Shown piece after piece: positions 24,901 to 37,800 of a stretch of 43,291 bases of DNA; the stretch's first letter is position 1, and each line of letters starts with the position of its first letter. Source of the DNA: Catajapyx aquilonaris (lineage: Eukaryota); assembly GCA_000934665.2 (NCBI GenBank), contig JYFJ02003346.1, positions 1 through 43,291 on the forward strand, read 5' to 3'. The notes under the pieces are model-generated. The model was not told where the DNA came from. It ran no database searches and was given only the letters and a program-made list of their open reading frames with translations. The translations under genes and the position numbers were made by a program.

Positions 24901-27900
24901 GTAGACTGCTATTTCCCACGCTCGAAATAGCCGGCTTGCTGGCTCAAGGGGCTAACTCAAGTCGTGTATACTTTGCATACTGCATAATATTAAATCTCTC
25001 TCACTCTTACACATTGCATAATGTATATATATAGTTCAATATGCGGCAGAGAAGAAAATGACAGTGATTATCACACTAACCCTTCTTCTGAAATATTAGC
25101 ACAATTTGATTAATTAATTAATTAATTGTTTGGTTGGTTTTGAGAAACAGGGTGACCCAAAAGTCTGGACACATAGGTAATAATATATTGTTGGTTGACA
25201 ATTGGTATCCTGGCAACCAACAATATAATATTATTATACCTATGCGTCCAGACTTTTGGGGCACCCTGTATTAGTTTAGCAATTTTTATGAACAAAGATT
25301 TTTCAATTTCACACGATTATTATAGTCCAATAATCTCTTGGACAACGATCATTGGCATTAGAACGACAAAGTAAACTGATTCGTGAGTCACTGTTTGATA
25401 GACTTATCCCATTTTGATTATCTGAATGAGTCAGAATGATGCTGGGCACTCGAGATTTCCACTTCCAGATGACCTGCAAATTTAGTGTTAAAAAAACATG
25501 TGTGGTTTCCATCATATTGCCAGTGCACAATATGCAGTCAAAATATATGATTTTTCAATAATTATTATTTGAAATGCCTTCGATTTGTGAGGCCAGAGCG
25601 TCAGTCTTGAAATTAATATTATGCAGTCTCACTACTTTCTAAATGATTTCTAATTGATTTTACACACTTGAAATATCACCAAATCCTTTTTAACAAAAAA
25701 ATCAATTCCTATACATTTCTGAATAAATCTATCTTAAAAAGTCTTTCTTAAAAATTCCGTCAATAAGTCACTTAAAAGAGAAGCGCCTAAAAGTATACTG
25801 GGTGTCATTTCAACTGGAGAAATAGTCGTCTCTCTTCGGCGTGTCTGATGTGCGTAGGTTTCGAATCACATGTGCCGGTGTAGGCAATAATTACCCGAAA
25901 TTAACGAACCGCGTCGATTGTGTGTGTGCGGTTACTCCACGTGTGGTAACAATACTTCACACTGCATAATAAACTGGACGTAAGCAGGGCTCTTATGGTG
26001 GGCCATAAAAGCGAAACAAGGACACGCAGGCAAGCAAAGGGCCCAGGACTACACAATGTTAAGCGGCACACGTTATTACACATTGGCTCTTAAATTTTTG
26101 CCAAGGACGAGCCCCCCCAACACCCCTCCAGAAGGCCCTCTCCCCCCCAAAAAAGACGTATACACAGCCGTAGAAAGTTCGCTGAAGGTCGATCACACGA
26201 GACTACTTAATAGCTCTACAAAACAGGTTCTTTGCAACATTCCGATGAAAAGACAGTGATAATTTACTAGTTTTCAACGTCCCGCCGCAACGTTAAGTGT
26301 CAACGCCTTTGCCCCCCTTCCTCCTAAGACCATCGGCCACTAAATTAATTATTTCTACCACACACACACACACACACACGTGATTAAACCATCTGCACAT
26401 TAGGGCATCAACCTTGTAATTCTCACACAATTGCTCCAAGATACTCAGCTTCAAGATTGGGGCTTTCCCCTTTTGAATAAGCGATGATTATCTAAGCCGC
26501 CAGTTACGTGAAGTCGTCTACTTTTTTTTTTCTTTCTTCATCTTTTATGTCTTTCCTTTTTCCTTTTTTTTTGTCGCCGCTTCCCTTCCAGACTGGATGG
26601 GTTTCATCACTTCCCGTCCCTTTTTCCCTAATTATTATTTGTCTACTGCCTTGACCATGTGACCACTTCTCGGACTCGGGGGCCCCAGTTCTCTTTTTCT
26701 ATGACTGCAGCACAACTAGTTTTATTGCTTTCTGCAGCTGCGGGTCTTCCATATATTGTCGGGTTTTGCTTTGACAGCAGGACAGGCCTTACCTCTTCTA
26801 ACGGGATCAGGTCGTCTTTCCCACCCTCTAAATCAGCTCTCTGAATTACTTATCCCATCGAATCAAATAATAATGTTAAAAAATAAATGGCGTTGCTGAA
26901 TTGGCGCGATATGTTTGAAACGCGGTTTGAAAAGTATCATAAACCAAATATGACATTTTAGGCCCCTAAATAAATAAATAAGCATATATGGATGATGATG
27001 ATTGTGATGATGTCAAATTGGCAAATGTGAGGTGTGGTTAGTCGCGATTTTCAAGGTCGTATGGCACGTGCATTCGTCTGGCAGTACACACCAGACAAAA
27101 CTTCCGGTACTGTTGCACGTGTATTGTCTACCGGCACTTTACATACAGAAAGGTCATAGATTGCAAAAAAAAAAATTAGTCAATCTCAAAGTTTACATTG
27201 CCTGAAGCGATAAAAAGTGCACACATTGTGACACTCGCCGGGCACGTGTGATGACACATATTGCAATTACCCTTTCATATAAACCGAAGGTTGCACATTC
27301 ACGACTGTCTGAAGTCTTACAGACGGTGCAATTAGCATACAATGATCCAGGCACTTATTTAGTGGCCGAGCGTCAAGCTGACTGCAAAAGCGGTGCCCCC
27401 AGACAACAATAGGCCAAGCCGGTTATGTATGATGTATGTGATGCAGGTGTATATTATATCGACGGCACGTGCTACATGTGCCACACCTTCTCTCTTATAA
27501 TATAGGAACAGTTCCTCGCATTTGCAAGAAACGGGAATTAAGGGCAAGGCAGAAGTAGGGCACCAGCATATGATTCATAAGGCAGCGGCCTCCATTGTGT
27601 CTGCTTTAATATGATACACGACTCTGATAAAAGTCTGGGAGGTGTGGACTTGTGTGGGTAATTAATATCATACGGAGAAATTATTATATAGGGAGGTTGT
27701 GCCTCGGGTCATCCTCCGGATTCCACTACCCGGAACGAAACAAATGGTGTTTCGGACTAACTTTGGCTCGAGTGCTTTAGTATTTTTTTTTTTTGGCTAG
27801 TTTTCTTTTCCTTCTTCAATGCGACTTGGGTTGCGTCAGATACGTCACTACTATATACCCCCCTTTTCCTAGCCGGCTCTTTTCTTTTCTTTTTTCATTC

Positions 27901-28755
27901 CAAGTCTTCTCTTTTTATTGGCAAAGACTCCAGTAGTAGCGGGAATAGAGGCCGTTCTGGCAATTTCTTTTGCACAATGTCAATTCTCAGCGACCTTGGC
28001 AAGCAATTTCTTATTACTTGTGACTTACCCCAGTGCCTCACTGTCATCCTTTCTGACTACTGTGGTCCCCTCTCGAAAAAATTGTACCGAGGAAGTAGCC
28101 CGAAAAGGAAGTTTGTTGTAACTATACTAGAGTTTGCTTGGTGCTAACTAACGTCTGACCTTGGCGCATTATAAACTTGATATATGAGTCGACAGGTTCT
28201 GGCACTTGTTCTTATATACACAGCATGAATATTGATACGCAGCATTAATTTCTATATATGTTCGCGATTTGTCTGCATTTGCAGGTTCGTGAGCCATGCG
28301 TGTCTAATTTAATTCCTAATAGAGTACAGCCGTAAAACTAATATATTTTTTTTTGTAGCTCCAACCTTTCCCCTTAGATTTTTTTGCTTCCATATGCGGC
28401 TAACTTAATTGGCTCGTCAAAATTATGACTCTTAGCCCCCAGCAGAACTGTGGCTCGGCTTGTATTGCTTTGCTGAATGCTCCGCATCGACAAATCAAAT
28501 TTGCTAATGTCTTCATTTACATGCCAGAGGAGGCTGCCAAGGCGGCCCACATTCATATTCAGAAAAGTAGGCAGGCAGCAGCAAGATTCTGGTGGTGGTT
28601 GCAGGGGGGGTTGCAGGGGGGGTTGGGAGAGAAGAAGCCTTCTATCCGTATTGAGATGGCCACAAGTCTGCTTGGGCCCGATCAATGCTGGCTTTTATAG
28701 CTACGAAAGTGAATCTGGACCAGACCTCAGCAGGCCTTCCAGTTGGATAACTTGT

Positions 28756-28803
<48 letters not shown>

Positions 28804-29951
28804 GCCTATCATAAATAGGCTTGGCGCGAAAGCCTTCTTCCCAGTTCCCTGACACCTTCGGCAGGTAACACAAAGAGGATAAAGAGGGGCGGGATCGAAT
28901 AGAAATAAAAAAATAAAAAATAAAAAAATCCCAGACGGTTGTACATTAGCGGCGACGAGAAACTAGCTTGACAAATACATGTTTGCCTCCACCCCGCCCC
29001 ATTACTACACCAGACTTGCGAGCTACACAGAGAAAAACCAGAACCAGTCTGGGATGTACGAGATGTATCGATGCGATTAAAGGCAGGACCCCCTGAAACA
29101 ACAACAGCAGGAAAAAAAAGTGCTATGACACTGGAAGTGTCTCATAGACACCTTTTTATGGGCCAGGCATGTGGGAACGAGACGACTTAATCTCTTCATT
29201 TTCCCAATCTTGCGGGTGGTCCAATCTAACCGTTCAGGCAACGTCTTCGAAGCAATGAGAGAAATGCTTCAGCATGGACTCTTATTACAGAGACACATTG
29301 TGTCGAATTTTCGTTCTACTGCTAGTTACTGCTAACTTAGCTGTACTAGTGCCTGCAGTAACTAGCAGTGAGACAAAAAAAATCCCACCCATTGTTAGTC
29401 TGCACAGTATACCCTTTCTCTGGTGGCAATGCAAAATTACCTGGCTGAGCGAATGAGATGATCTCTGAGGTTCGTCCGTAATAGTCATCTTCCTCCTCGT
29501 ACGTGGAAGGCCCGTCATCCAGTGGAGGTCCTTCCTCAAGCAATGTCCTGGACTCGACGGCCCGATTCAAGGTCTCCATGACCATGTCCCTGGGCAGCTG
29601 TGAGGTGACATTGGGTCGGTTCTTGAGGCCCAATTTGGACAGAATTTGGTGCTTGATGGCCTCTAGTCTTAAGGCGTCGGCCAGCTGCCTGCAGTTGGGA
29701 CATTGCACCGACTGTCTACTTCCGGAACCACTACCACTACTACCACCACCACCACCACCGGTCCCTTCTTGATGGTTGACCACGTGGTCCACCGCGGCCG
29801 GCAGCACCGAGTCCATCACCGCCGCCGACGTTGCCGTCGCCAGCAACAGCACCAGCAGCAGCATGATTGCCGCTGCCGTGGGCGGGGCGGTCCAACAGCT
29901 GCTTCCGCGCCTCTTCTTCCGCTTCCTCTCCTTGACCACCGTAGTGTCCAT
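21235..29951 (-). CDS. Actbeta: Activin beta / inhibin beta chain precursor, 3 exons, ~481 aa
   Basis: join(29441..29951, 23673..23896, 21235..21945), introns of phase 1 and 0. Prodomain CPNC..LRLEAIKHQILSKLGL..RPNVT; furin site RRVRRR; mature domain [72 protein letters not shown] closely resembles insect Activin-beta as I recall it. Alternative start ATG at 29864. Confidence 0.93.
23673..23896 (-). CDS. Actbeta: Activin beta exon 2 (prodomain)
   Basis: Acceptor tttcgtccag|GT TAC; encodes LMKFS...VKSASLWV...ITLYVF; donor AAG|GTGAGT; phases match both neighbouring exons. Confidence 0.85.
25148..25268. mobile_element. Foldback MITE with CAGGGTG termini (Tc1/mariner-like) in activin intron 1
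   Basis: Arms CAGGGTGACCCAAAAGTCTGGACACATAGGTA and (reverse complement) CAGGGTGCCCCAAAAGTCTGGACGCATAGGTA; inner pairing ATATTGTTGGTTG/CAACCAACAATAT. TA on the right flank, AA on the left. Confidence 0.75.
26358..26379. repeat. (CA)n microsatellite
   Basis: CA dinucleotide run in activin intron 1. Confidence 0.85.
28757..28802. repeat. (GA)23 microsatellite
   Basis: Perfect dinucleotide run in activin intron 1. Confidence 0.95.
29306..29380. repeat. Diverged palindrome (family copy 2)
   Basis: AATTTTCGTTCTACTGCTAGTTACTGC...GCAGTAACTAGCAGTGAGACAAAAAA; both arms are clearly homologous to 17451-17512. Confidence 0.75.
29441..29951 (-). CDS. Actbeta: Activin beta exon 1
   Basis: ATG at 29951 in GGGATGG context; hydrophobic segment MLLLVLLLATATSAA; ends SEIISFAQP G|GTAATT. 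Confidence 0.88.
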
Positions 29952-30007
29952 CCCCCAACAGGGCACCTCCAGCCCTCTCCTTTTTTTATAGTGGGACCTC
30001 CACCACT

Positions 30008-30056
30008 CTTCTTCGACTTCTTCTTCTTCTTCTTCGGCTTCTTCTTCTTCTTCTTC
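30008..30056. repeat. Imperfect (CTT)n trinucleotide repeat upstream of the activin ATG
   Basis: CTT units with two interruptions; probably 5' UTR. Confidence 0.85.
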
Positions 30057-31195
30057 ACCGCCTCCTCCTCCACCTCCCGGCCCCGCCGAGTTGGTGGCTG
30101 CAGCAGCACTCTTCTGGGCGGCGGCGGCAGCAGCAGTAAAGACGGCGGCGCATCGCTATGTAGGCCGGCGCGCAAAGGAGATTGGGGGAGGACTGGGAGG
30201 GGTAGTTGTAGGGGTAGTTGGTAGCTAGCTAGATGGGTGGGGTAGACACCAAATGGGGAGGGAGAATAAGTGGTGGTGCTGCTGTGGAGGAGTGGTGGGG
30301 AGGTGTAGACATTGGGCAGGCCAGTCACGTCTTCTTAATGTTGTCGGTCTCTACAGCAGCAAGGGAAGCTGCTGGTGGTGGAGGATGGGGTGGGTGGGAG
30401 GACACACACACACACTGGTTTAGGTCTCATCAGATGAGGTGACCCCCCAAGGAGATGTGAGTGGCCACCCCAGTCGACTGCCACCCCCGAGGCAATGTCT
30501 GAGTGTCTGACTGATCGTCCTTCCAGGGTCGAGGTCGCCCTGTGGTTACTCAGCTGCTTTTGCTCTCGTGTGTATAGTCGCGCGACTTGGAGTGACGAGC
30601 ACGACGCCGACGACGACGGCACCAGCGCGCCGGACCCACCAAGTCTGGGCATAGAAATGATGCCGACGGCGCCGGGGGAGGGTGGATAGGGAAGGGTGGG
30701 AGGTAGGGAACTGGCGGATATATAGGACTTTTCATGGAGGGAGGGGGGGGGGGGGGACAACGACGAACGAACTGCGACCCATAAAAAAAATTACACTGCC
30801 AAGTGTAGTCGCACACACTCGTAGTACTCGCCGCAATGGTGAAAGACGACACGCCCTTCGGAGTCGCACACAATGAGACGGCATCAATAACCCGGAGGAT
30901 ATGTACCAGCAGAGACACTTGAAAGCAAAATCAGCCGTACATAATAAACCAGAAAGTTTGTCTGCATGTCCAGGCTACCTAACCTACTTTCAGATTACTG
31001 ATAGTGATGAAACCTTGCACACTAATGCTGATTGAGTGAAAAGTCCGAAGAGTCTAAATTGGTTTAAATGACTAAAATTTTCTTGTTAGCAATATAGTTT
31101 TCGTCAATGAAATGATGGGTCATATAATAGCAAATGATAGTTTCTTCTTGCTGAAATGATCGATATCAGGAGTATAGACATTTTGACAACGGACA

Positions 31196-31201
31196 TTTAT
31201 T
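31196..31201 (-). terminator. Polyadenylation signal AATAAA of PLCXD unit A
   Basis: AATAAA ~115 nt after the TGA stop. Confidence 0.55.
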
Positions 31202-31317
31202 TATACAGCAGCCTGAGCAGCGAGCAGTTTCAGTCTATAAACTACACTACACTGGCGTTAATAGCACACACTGACACACACACACACACACACATTTTCA
31301 TCATCTATAAGTGCCCT

Positions 31318-32853
31318 TCATGCGGCCGTGTGACCTCCGTCCCGACAACGTCGCCGCCGAATGTTCGCCTGCACGGCCACGTCGATAATGTCGGTGCTTC
31401 TGAAGAAATCCACCGCCACCATGTTGGCAGACTGCCACCAGTGGTGCCGGAACCAATTAGTGACATTGCGGTTGATTCGGTCGGCCAGGACGCGCAGTCC
31501 TTCCGTCGGCCTCAGGACCACGTCCATGGCCGACGGGGTCATCTCGGCCATTGCTGCCCAGAAGTAATCGTATCCATGTCTCACAAACATTTCCGCCTCC
31601 ACGTACTTGCGCAGCTCATGACCACTCTGCATAGATATATACAAAAACTGTAGGCATATATTTTTCAGGTTGTACAGTATACCTATACCTGTTTGTCCCC
31701 CCATGCCTGAGGAATCTGGTCCCAAAGAAGTCGAGGATATTCGTCAACAGTGTTTGGGTCCGCATAAGTTATAATCAGTGTCCTGTTGAGCTGCCAAAGT
31801 TGCTCCGGAGTCACGTCGTACCCTAAAGACGGAGGGGCCACAAATGTTCCAAGGTGCGCCTCCAGGTACGCCACCAACTCTTGGTGACGATACGGACGAC
31901 CCTACAAAAAAATATGCTGATTCGCCGGAACATATTGTCAGCTATAGTACATTACCTGAAATCCGACTGGATGACGATGGAAATCGAGGACGACCACTTC
32001 CCTGGTCTTCAAGAGGAAAGTCTGAAGCGCCTTGACAAGATCTGACAGAGGTTGCATCCGGTAATAATTGTGAGTCATCCAGAACGGCTCGTAGCTTCCC
32101 GGAAAGTAGCCGACTCTGAGATCGAAATACCGAATTCCATACACCAGCTGATGCCAGATGTCTTCGTCCTGGGACACTAGGAATCGTTCCAAGAGGTTTT
32201 CGGAGAGAACCCCGCGGTATTTCCGGTAGCTTCCCGAGTTATGCGTTCCAGGAATCATCAGAAGTCGCAGCGGGATGTCCTTGATGACCTCTCTGCATAG
32301 GCATCAAGGAAGGATGCTGTTGGGTTTTTGTTGTCCCCCACTTCTTGTCTTATACCTCTCAAAACATATCCGCGAATATTTCTGAGGATATTCGCGAATA
32401 TTTATTAGGCTGCTAACCTGTGATTTTCCATCCATCGAGGCTGGATTTTCAAACAATTCGTAGCTATTGATTCCTCCTCTCTGATGTATCCTATCCAATA
32501 TCCAAGACAGTCTGGTAGACGGTCTAAATCGGTCAAGTCCGGTCTGCCAGCCTGGAAAGGACGCCGTTCAGAACTGCAATTTTGTGATTCGGAAAATAAT
32601 TTTTTGGTTACCTCGTATGTAGAGACGTAGTGTCCATCTGGATAGTCTTTGACGAAGATTTGGAGGAGTGGATTGGAAGCGTTGGACTGTGGATCGTGAT
32701 CAAACAGTCCGACCCAATCGCTCGATACAACACTGGACACTTCCCAGTTCAGCTCTAGTTGTCGCTGGATTACCTGGTCGTCTGGAGTGACCATTGCCAG
32801 GGCAGAGGTCGTCAGAAATACTTGGGGCGACTCATCGCTAGGTGGAGAACAGC
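31318..32853 (-). CDS. PI-PLC X domain-containing protein (PLCXD-like), unit A, 4 identified exons; 5' leader exon not located
   Basis: join(32418..32853, 31956..32292, 31689..31901, 31318..31626), all GT-AG and in frame. Motifs RQLELNW, DWVGLF, MIPGTHNSG, QLVYGIRYFDLRV, FWMTH, EVVVLDFH, ANMVAVDFF. The first identified exon begins at a phase-1 acceptor. Confidence 0.88.
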
Positions 32854-33346
32854 CTGAAGAATAATGGGATTTCTTATAGAACTAATGCATACTTGACAAA
32901 ATGAAAACACAATATTACCTGGTTCGGATTTTTCCAGCTGTAAAATTCAATATATTATGGCGTGTCAGTGACCATTAATTTTAAAATGCTCCATTATTGT
33001 AATGGCTTTACCCTCAAGCTTTTACTCTTCACGTGCAATGTGTCGAGTGGTGTGATTTAGAACGATGCTGTCAGTGTACCGCTGGGACAACCCAATGAAC
33101 ATTGGGAAATAAGATTAGCCACTTATTACGTAAAGGTGTGGGGAGGCTGCCAGAATAAAATCAATGTCGATTTTTGTGCAGCCAAATTATATCAGAGAGC
33201 AATGGGAGTTGTTAAAAAAATTACCTCTCACACTGACACATCATGGAATTTTTTATGAGATCACAATCATCAAATGAACCAACGCATACTATACACTAAT
33301 ATGTATTAATTTTAAAATGTGGTCCACTGCGATGTGTATGCAGTTG

Positions 33347-34826
33347 TTAACACTGAATCATTTCCATCACTTTCCTCCAGTTGGAAGTGATTGCCACCGT
33401 AACAATGTCCGTCCCCATGAAGAAGTCCAGAGCAACCACGTTGGCCTTCTTCCACCACCACTCTCTGAAACATTCGCTGACATTTCTGTTGACCACATAC
33501 GCTGCACTCTTCAATCCGCCCATCAGATCCAGCAAAAAGTCCAAAACAGTCGGGGTCATCTGAGCCATTGCTGCCCAAGGCTCCGGTGCAATAATATGAG
33601 TGTCGTTGGTCATCACACTGACCAGGTGTTGATGCAGTTCTTCCGACGACCGTGCCCGTCCCCACATGTGCGTCACAGGCTCCCAAAAATGCGAGTGTGT
33701 CCAAATCAAAGGATGGTTGTAGCTTACAATAAGTCTTCGACCAGATCGCCATAGGTTACACAAACTAGAAGACCATCCGAAGCTTCTGGGGGCCATGAAA
33801 TCTTTAAATTCTGACATCAACACTTGCATCAGCTTCTGGTGAACTGAGGGTTCAAATGAGGCTGAGAACTGGTGCAAATCGAAAATGACTATTTCGTTTG
33901 TGTTGCTCATGAAAAGCTTCACTGAGGCGATCACTTCTGCCAACGGGTGCAGTTTCTTTGCGCCGTGGATTATCCAGAAGACTTCTTCGGTTAACGGGTA
34001 GTAACCCACGCGGATGTCGAAGAACCTGACACCGAAAATTAGCTGCTCAAGAATGTTTCTGTTTTGAGCCACCGCGTACTTGTCCATTCTTGTCCACAAC
34101 CCGGATTTCGGTGGGTATGCCCCAGAATCGTGAGTTCCTGGGATGAACATCTCGACAATTCTCCAGTCTTCAACGTACGGACGCATCTGCGACATCCAGT
34201 TCGGTTGCGTCGTGACACATCTCGACTTCAGTGTCGACTCATCTCTGACGTAACCTACCCAGATTTCAAGGCACTTTTTTCGAAATCCCAGCTTTTTGGG
34301 AATGTGCAGCGACACATTTGTTGCGATGCTGCCACGCGACGAATTCACACTTGACTTGAACACAATGTGCGACATGTCCCCGAGAGGATTGGACGTGAAG
34401 ATTCCAACCCAGTCATTTGGTCTCCACTGTTCCTCAATGTCCCACCACAGATCAAGCTTTCCAAGAGACGATTCTATCAAGGCCACATAAATGTTTTCTG
34501 GAAAAGTGTGTATAGATACGTTTTGTCACAACTGCAAACAATTACGTCACAACTTTTTGTATGTACTCACTGTAATGCAATTGTGATGATATTGCTTGGC
34601 ACATAGTGCTTTGGCCTGTGGCCGATGATGAGGAAAGTGACAATTGTGGTGATAGGGACAGTAGAGCATATCCGGACAAAATGCTAGTTACTAGTAGAAG
34701 GAGCCAAGGGAAAAATATTCGAATTATCAACAATTAAGTTAACGAGGAAAAGGAACTGACAAGTAACCATTCCCAGCAGGACATCTCTCTCGACATTGGT
34801 GCCTTACACACACACTCACGCAACAT
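33347..34826 (-). CDS. PI-PLC X domain-containing protein (PLCXD-like), unit B, intronless catalytic exon
   Basis: Main exon 33347..34497 (acceptor ttttccag, phase 1) carries MFIPGTHDSG, QLIFGVRFFDIRV, FWIIH, EIVIFDLH, ANVVALDFF. Probable leader exons 34571..34690 (donor A|GTGAGT) and 34820..34826 (ATG TTG C|GTGAGT) give MLLTSILSGYALLSLSPQLSLS..., ~425 aa. The 5' model is tentative. Confidence 0.85.
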
Positions 34827-37800
34827 TTACCTTAAACATATCCTCCACCTGTACAAAGAACCACAAAAGTCACTTGCTCTTTATGTAGGTGCTTATTATG
34901 ACAATGTTACAAAGTTGTTGTTACCCCACAACAGTTTGTCCTAATTGTCTCGACAGGTAATACTCAAGTTACTTATTACGCTCTTTATTTATACGAATTG
35001 TGATGTAAATACTGCAATATTTTATTCTTCGAGTTGTAGTGTACAGATCTGGCATATATGATTAGCAGTAAGTGGTAAACGGAGCCGTAAAGCAAATAAA
35101 TAATTCGTTCGAAGGCCAATTACTGCCTCTTAGAATGCCAATGCCATTTCGTGTCGGTATGTTTGTAGTACGCAACCTCCAAAAAACCACTCCGGGGTGG
35201 ATTTATTGGAGCAAAATGTGTCCTGGTCAACCTTGATTTTATTTATCGGTCCTCACGGTGCATGTTGGACGCACAAGATACACACTGTGCACGGAAGGAA
35301 AAAGGCCTGCAGATGGCAGACATACTCGAGTTGGAGCCGGCTGATCCTTGCAATTCAGCTCCATCTGTACATCCTACGAGAACACTTCATGTGCAAGAAG
35401 TCGACCTTGCCGGCGGGCAGTTCATTATTCTCCGACTCCATATTATTATAGCGACAATGACACAATGTAATAAGGTCTCAGCTTAAAGTAAGGAAAATAT
35501 GTTTCACATACACATCTACGAGCAAGTCTACGAGAAAGCTGAGATTGGGAGGATACCTGTTAAATTAAATTGTTTTGGAGTGATGAACAAAATAATCACC
35601 ATTATACTGTACTTACTGTAAGTACAGTACGTAAAATACGAGCTGCATACACTGACTTCACTGAAAATTTTAAAATGCTCTTGAATAAATTATTATCATT
35701 ATATGTACACATAATTATGCACATGTGCATTTTTCAATACACTGCTTCTACAAGCAGATTAAATGTAGTACTCGTACAATAAAGTCATACATTTTCTGCA
35801 GATAAAAAAAAAATCGTGCCGCATTGGGTTGTTGTTGTGTGATTAGTGTGAATTAAGATATCCTGGCATGTGTGAGATGCTACGAAAATGTTACAAAGTC
35901 ATCATTATGTAAAGGCAGATGTGACCAAAAAAAAACAACAGATTGTTACAAAATTGCATAAAATTGCGCATTGAAAGTTGGCCCTATAAATTGTCTAACA
36001 TAGTCATAATCGTCTATCGAAGATACCAGAGTGGTAAACACCATGAGCAAAAAAAGGTGTCAGTACGTTACATAAAATAATACAACAAAAAATTGTCCAA
36101 GAACACAACATAAGTCAGTGAAACTCTCTATCTGGCCGGACATCAGAAAATAAGCAGTAAGAAGCAAGAAAAAACATGCCGTGACCTCTCGTGCTCCCTT
36201 GACCTTTTCCCATGGACATTTTAATGAACTCCTGACACCACTAACCACAAAAATATCGCCCCATAAAAACACAATGATGCTTAATAACTACTGCTGGATA
36301 TATGTACGGATAATGCATAATAATTACCTGATATGGCCAAAGTTCTCAATCGAGATTTGCTCAGAGTTGCTGACCACGTCAATTGCACATTGAACAACAG
36401 TGCAAATATCGCCAGACACACTTTTCTGTACTGCATCTTTCCTCTCCAGTCACTGATAGATTTTTTTTTTCTCTCTGGCAGAATGTTAGTTAATCAACTT
36501 TAACCTGTAAAGAAAAGCTCTGTACAATAAAATCAGTCGCATCGGAAGTAACTTGTACAGTACAGCCAGCTGCACTTGTTGTTATCATGCGATCCTTTTC
36601 CCGCAAATTCACGGAAGTGAATATTGTGCAGAGCTGTGTATTTATACCTCATTCCCACCTGTATGTACTGTACGTACGTGTATTGTTTGGCATTACAAAC
36701 GTACACAGATGTGGCAACAACATATTTTTGACAGATTTTTTTTGGAAAAATATTTTCTCTCTCAATGCAAACACAGTGACGATTTTTTTTATCGCCGTCT
36801 AAAGTAGCCTATGCAAGTTCTTTTTTAGCTGGATATTACGTTCAACTGTTCAAGTGCTAACATAGGCAGTAATTGAACTTTTTGCCTCGGTCAGTAACCC
36901 GCCTGCAGCGATGACCTCACATTCAGAATATGCCTGCACATGTAGTTTCAAAGTGTAGTGACCAGCAATGTTTTCATTGAAAGGTCAGCTGCTTATTTTT
37001 GCTTTAATTAATCTCACATGCAATTAATATTTTTTACGCCTTAGAGTTGTTGCAATAGCGAATTAATTTTGGCAGTGAAACACACATACACTAAAAACGT
37101 ATAGGCCAACTTACAACTTACCACAGTCGGTCATGAATAGCATGTTACACCAAATATCCGGTGTTTTTTTTAAAACACATTTTTGAAAAACCCAAAAGAA
37201 ATTCCTACCACAAGGACGATTGTTATGCGGAAGTTGTATCCTTACGAAGTTGAAGCAGGAAATGAATTTGCGCGTCACAACTGAATAATTGCGTTCTTCC
37301 TCTGTACTTCACCTTTTTCTTTTTAAAAAAATACCAAACTGTATTTCGTATTCCGAACCACAACGCATATGCACAAACCCACATCTACTAAAGCAATAGC
37401 AGGAAAAAAACACGTACCAATTTCAATAATAATTGCACTGACGTCACAATGCACTTCATTAGTGTAATTAACAATTAGAAGGCTGCCAATTTCCGGGCTG
37501 TACTCACGTGAATATGATGTCACATAATCCAGATTTACAAAAATTGTGTTTAGCACATTTTTTTTGGGTTGTTGTTTTGATAATAAGCAGCAGATTTTTA
37601 GTTCCCTTGCCCCCAGCACTACTTTTGATATTGGTGAAATGAGGGAATGAAGCACTTGCTGGGATGAGGGTCAAACCCTTCAAACGTCACGTGCCTAACC
37701 AGCAGACAGGATGGAGGTGAATAAGTTCCGACACGCTTGATGACCCCCAGGGATCCCACCCCCCCTTTGCACTCCTTTTTTTTCAATCCAAAACTTTTTT

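Noticed and set aside
35197..35486. GC-richer patch with short ORFs between PLCXD and ATP synthase
   Set aside because: No frame gives a recognisable protein; could be UTR or a repeat remnant.
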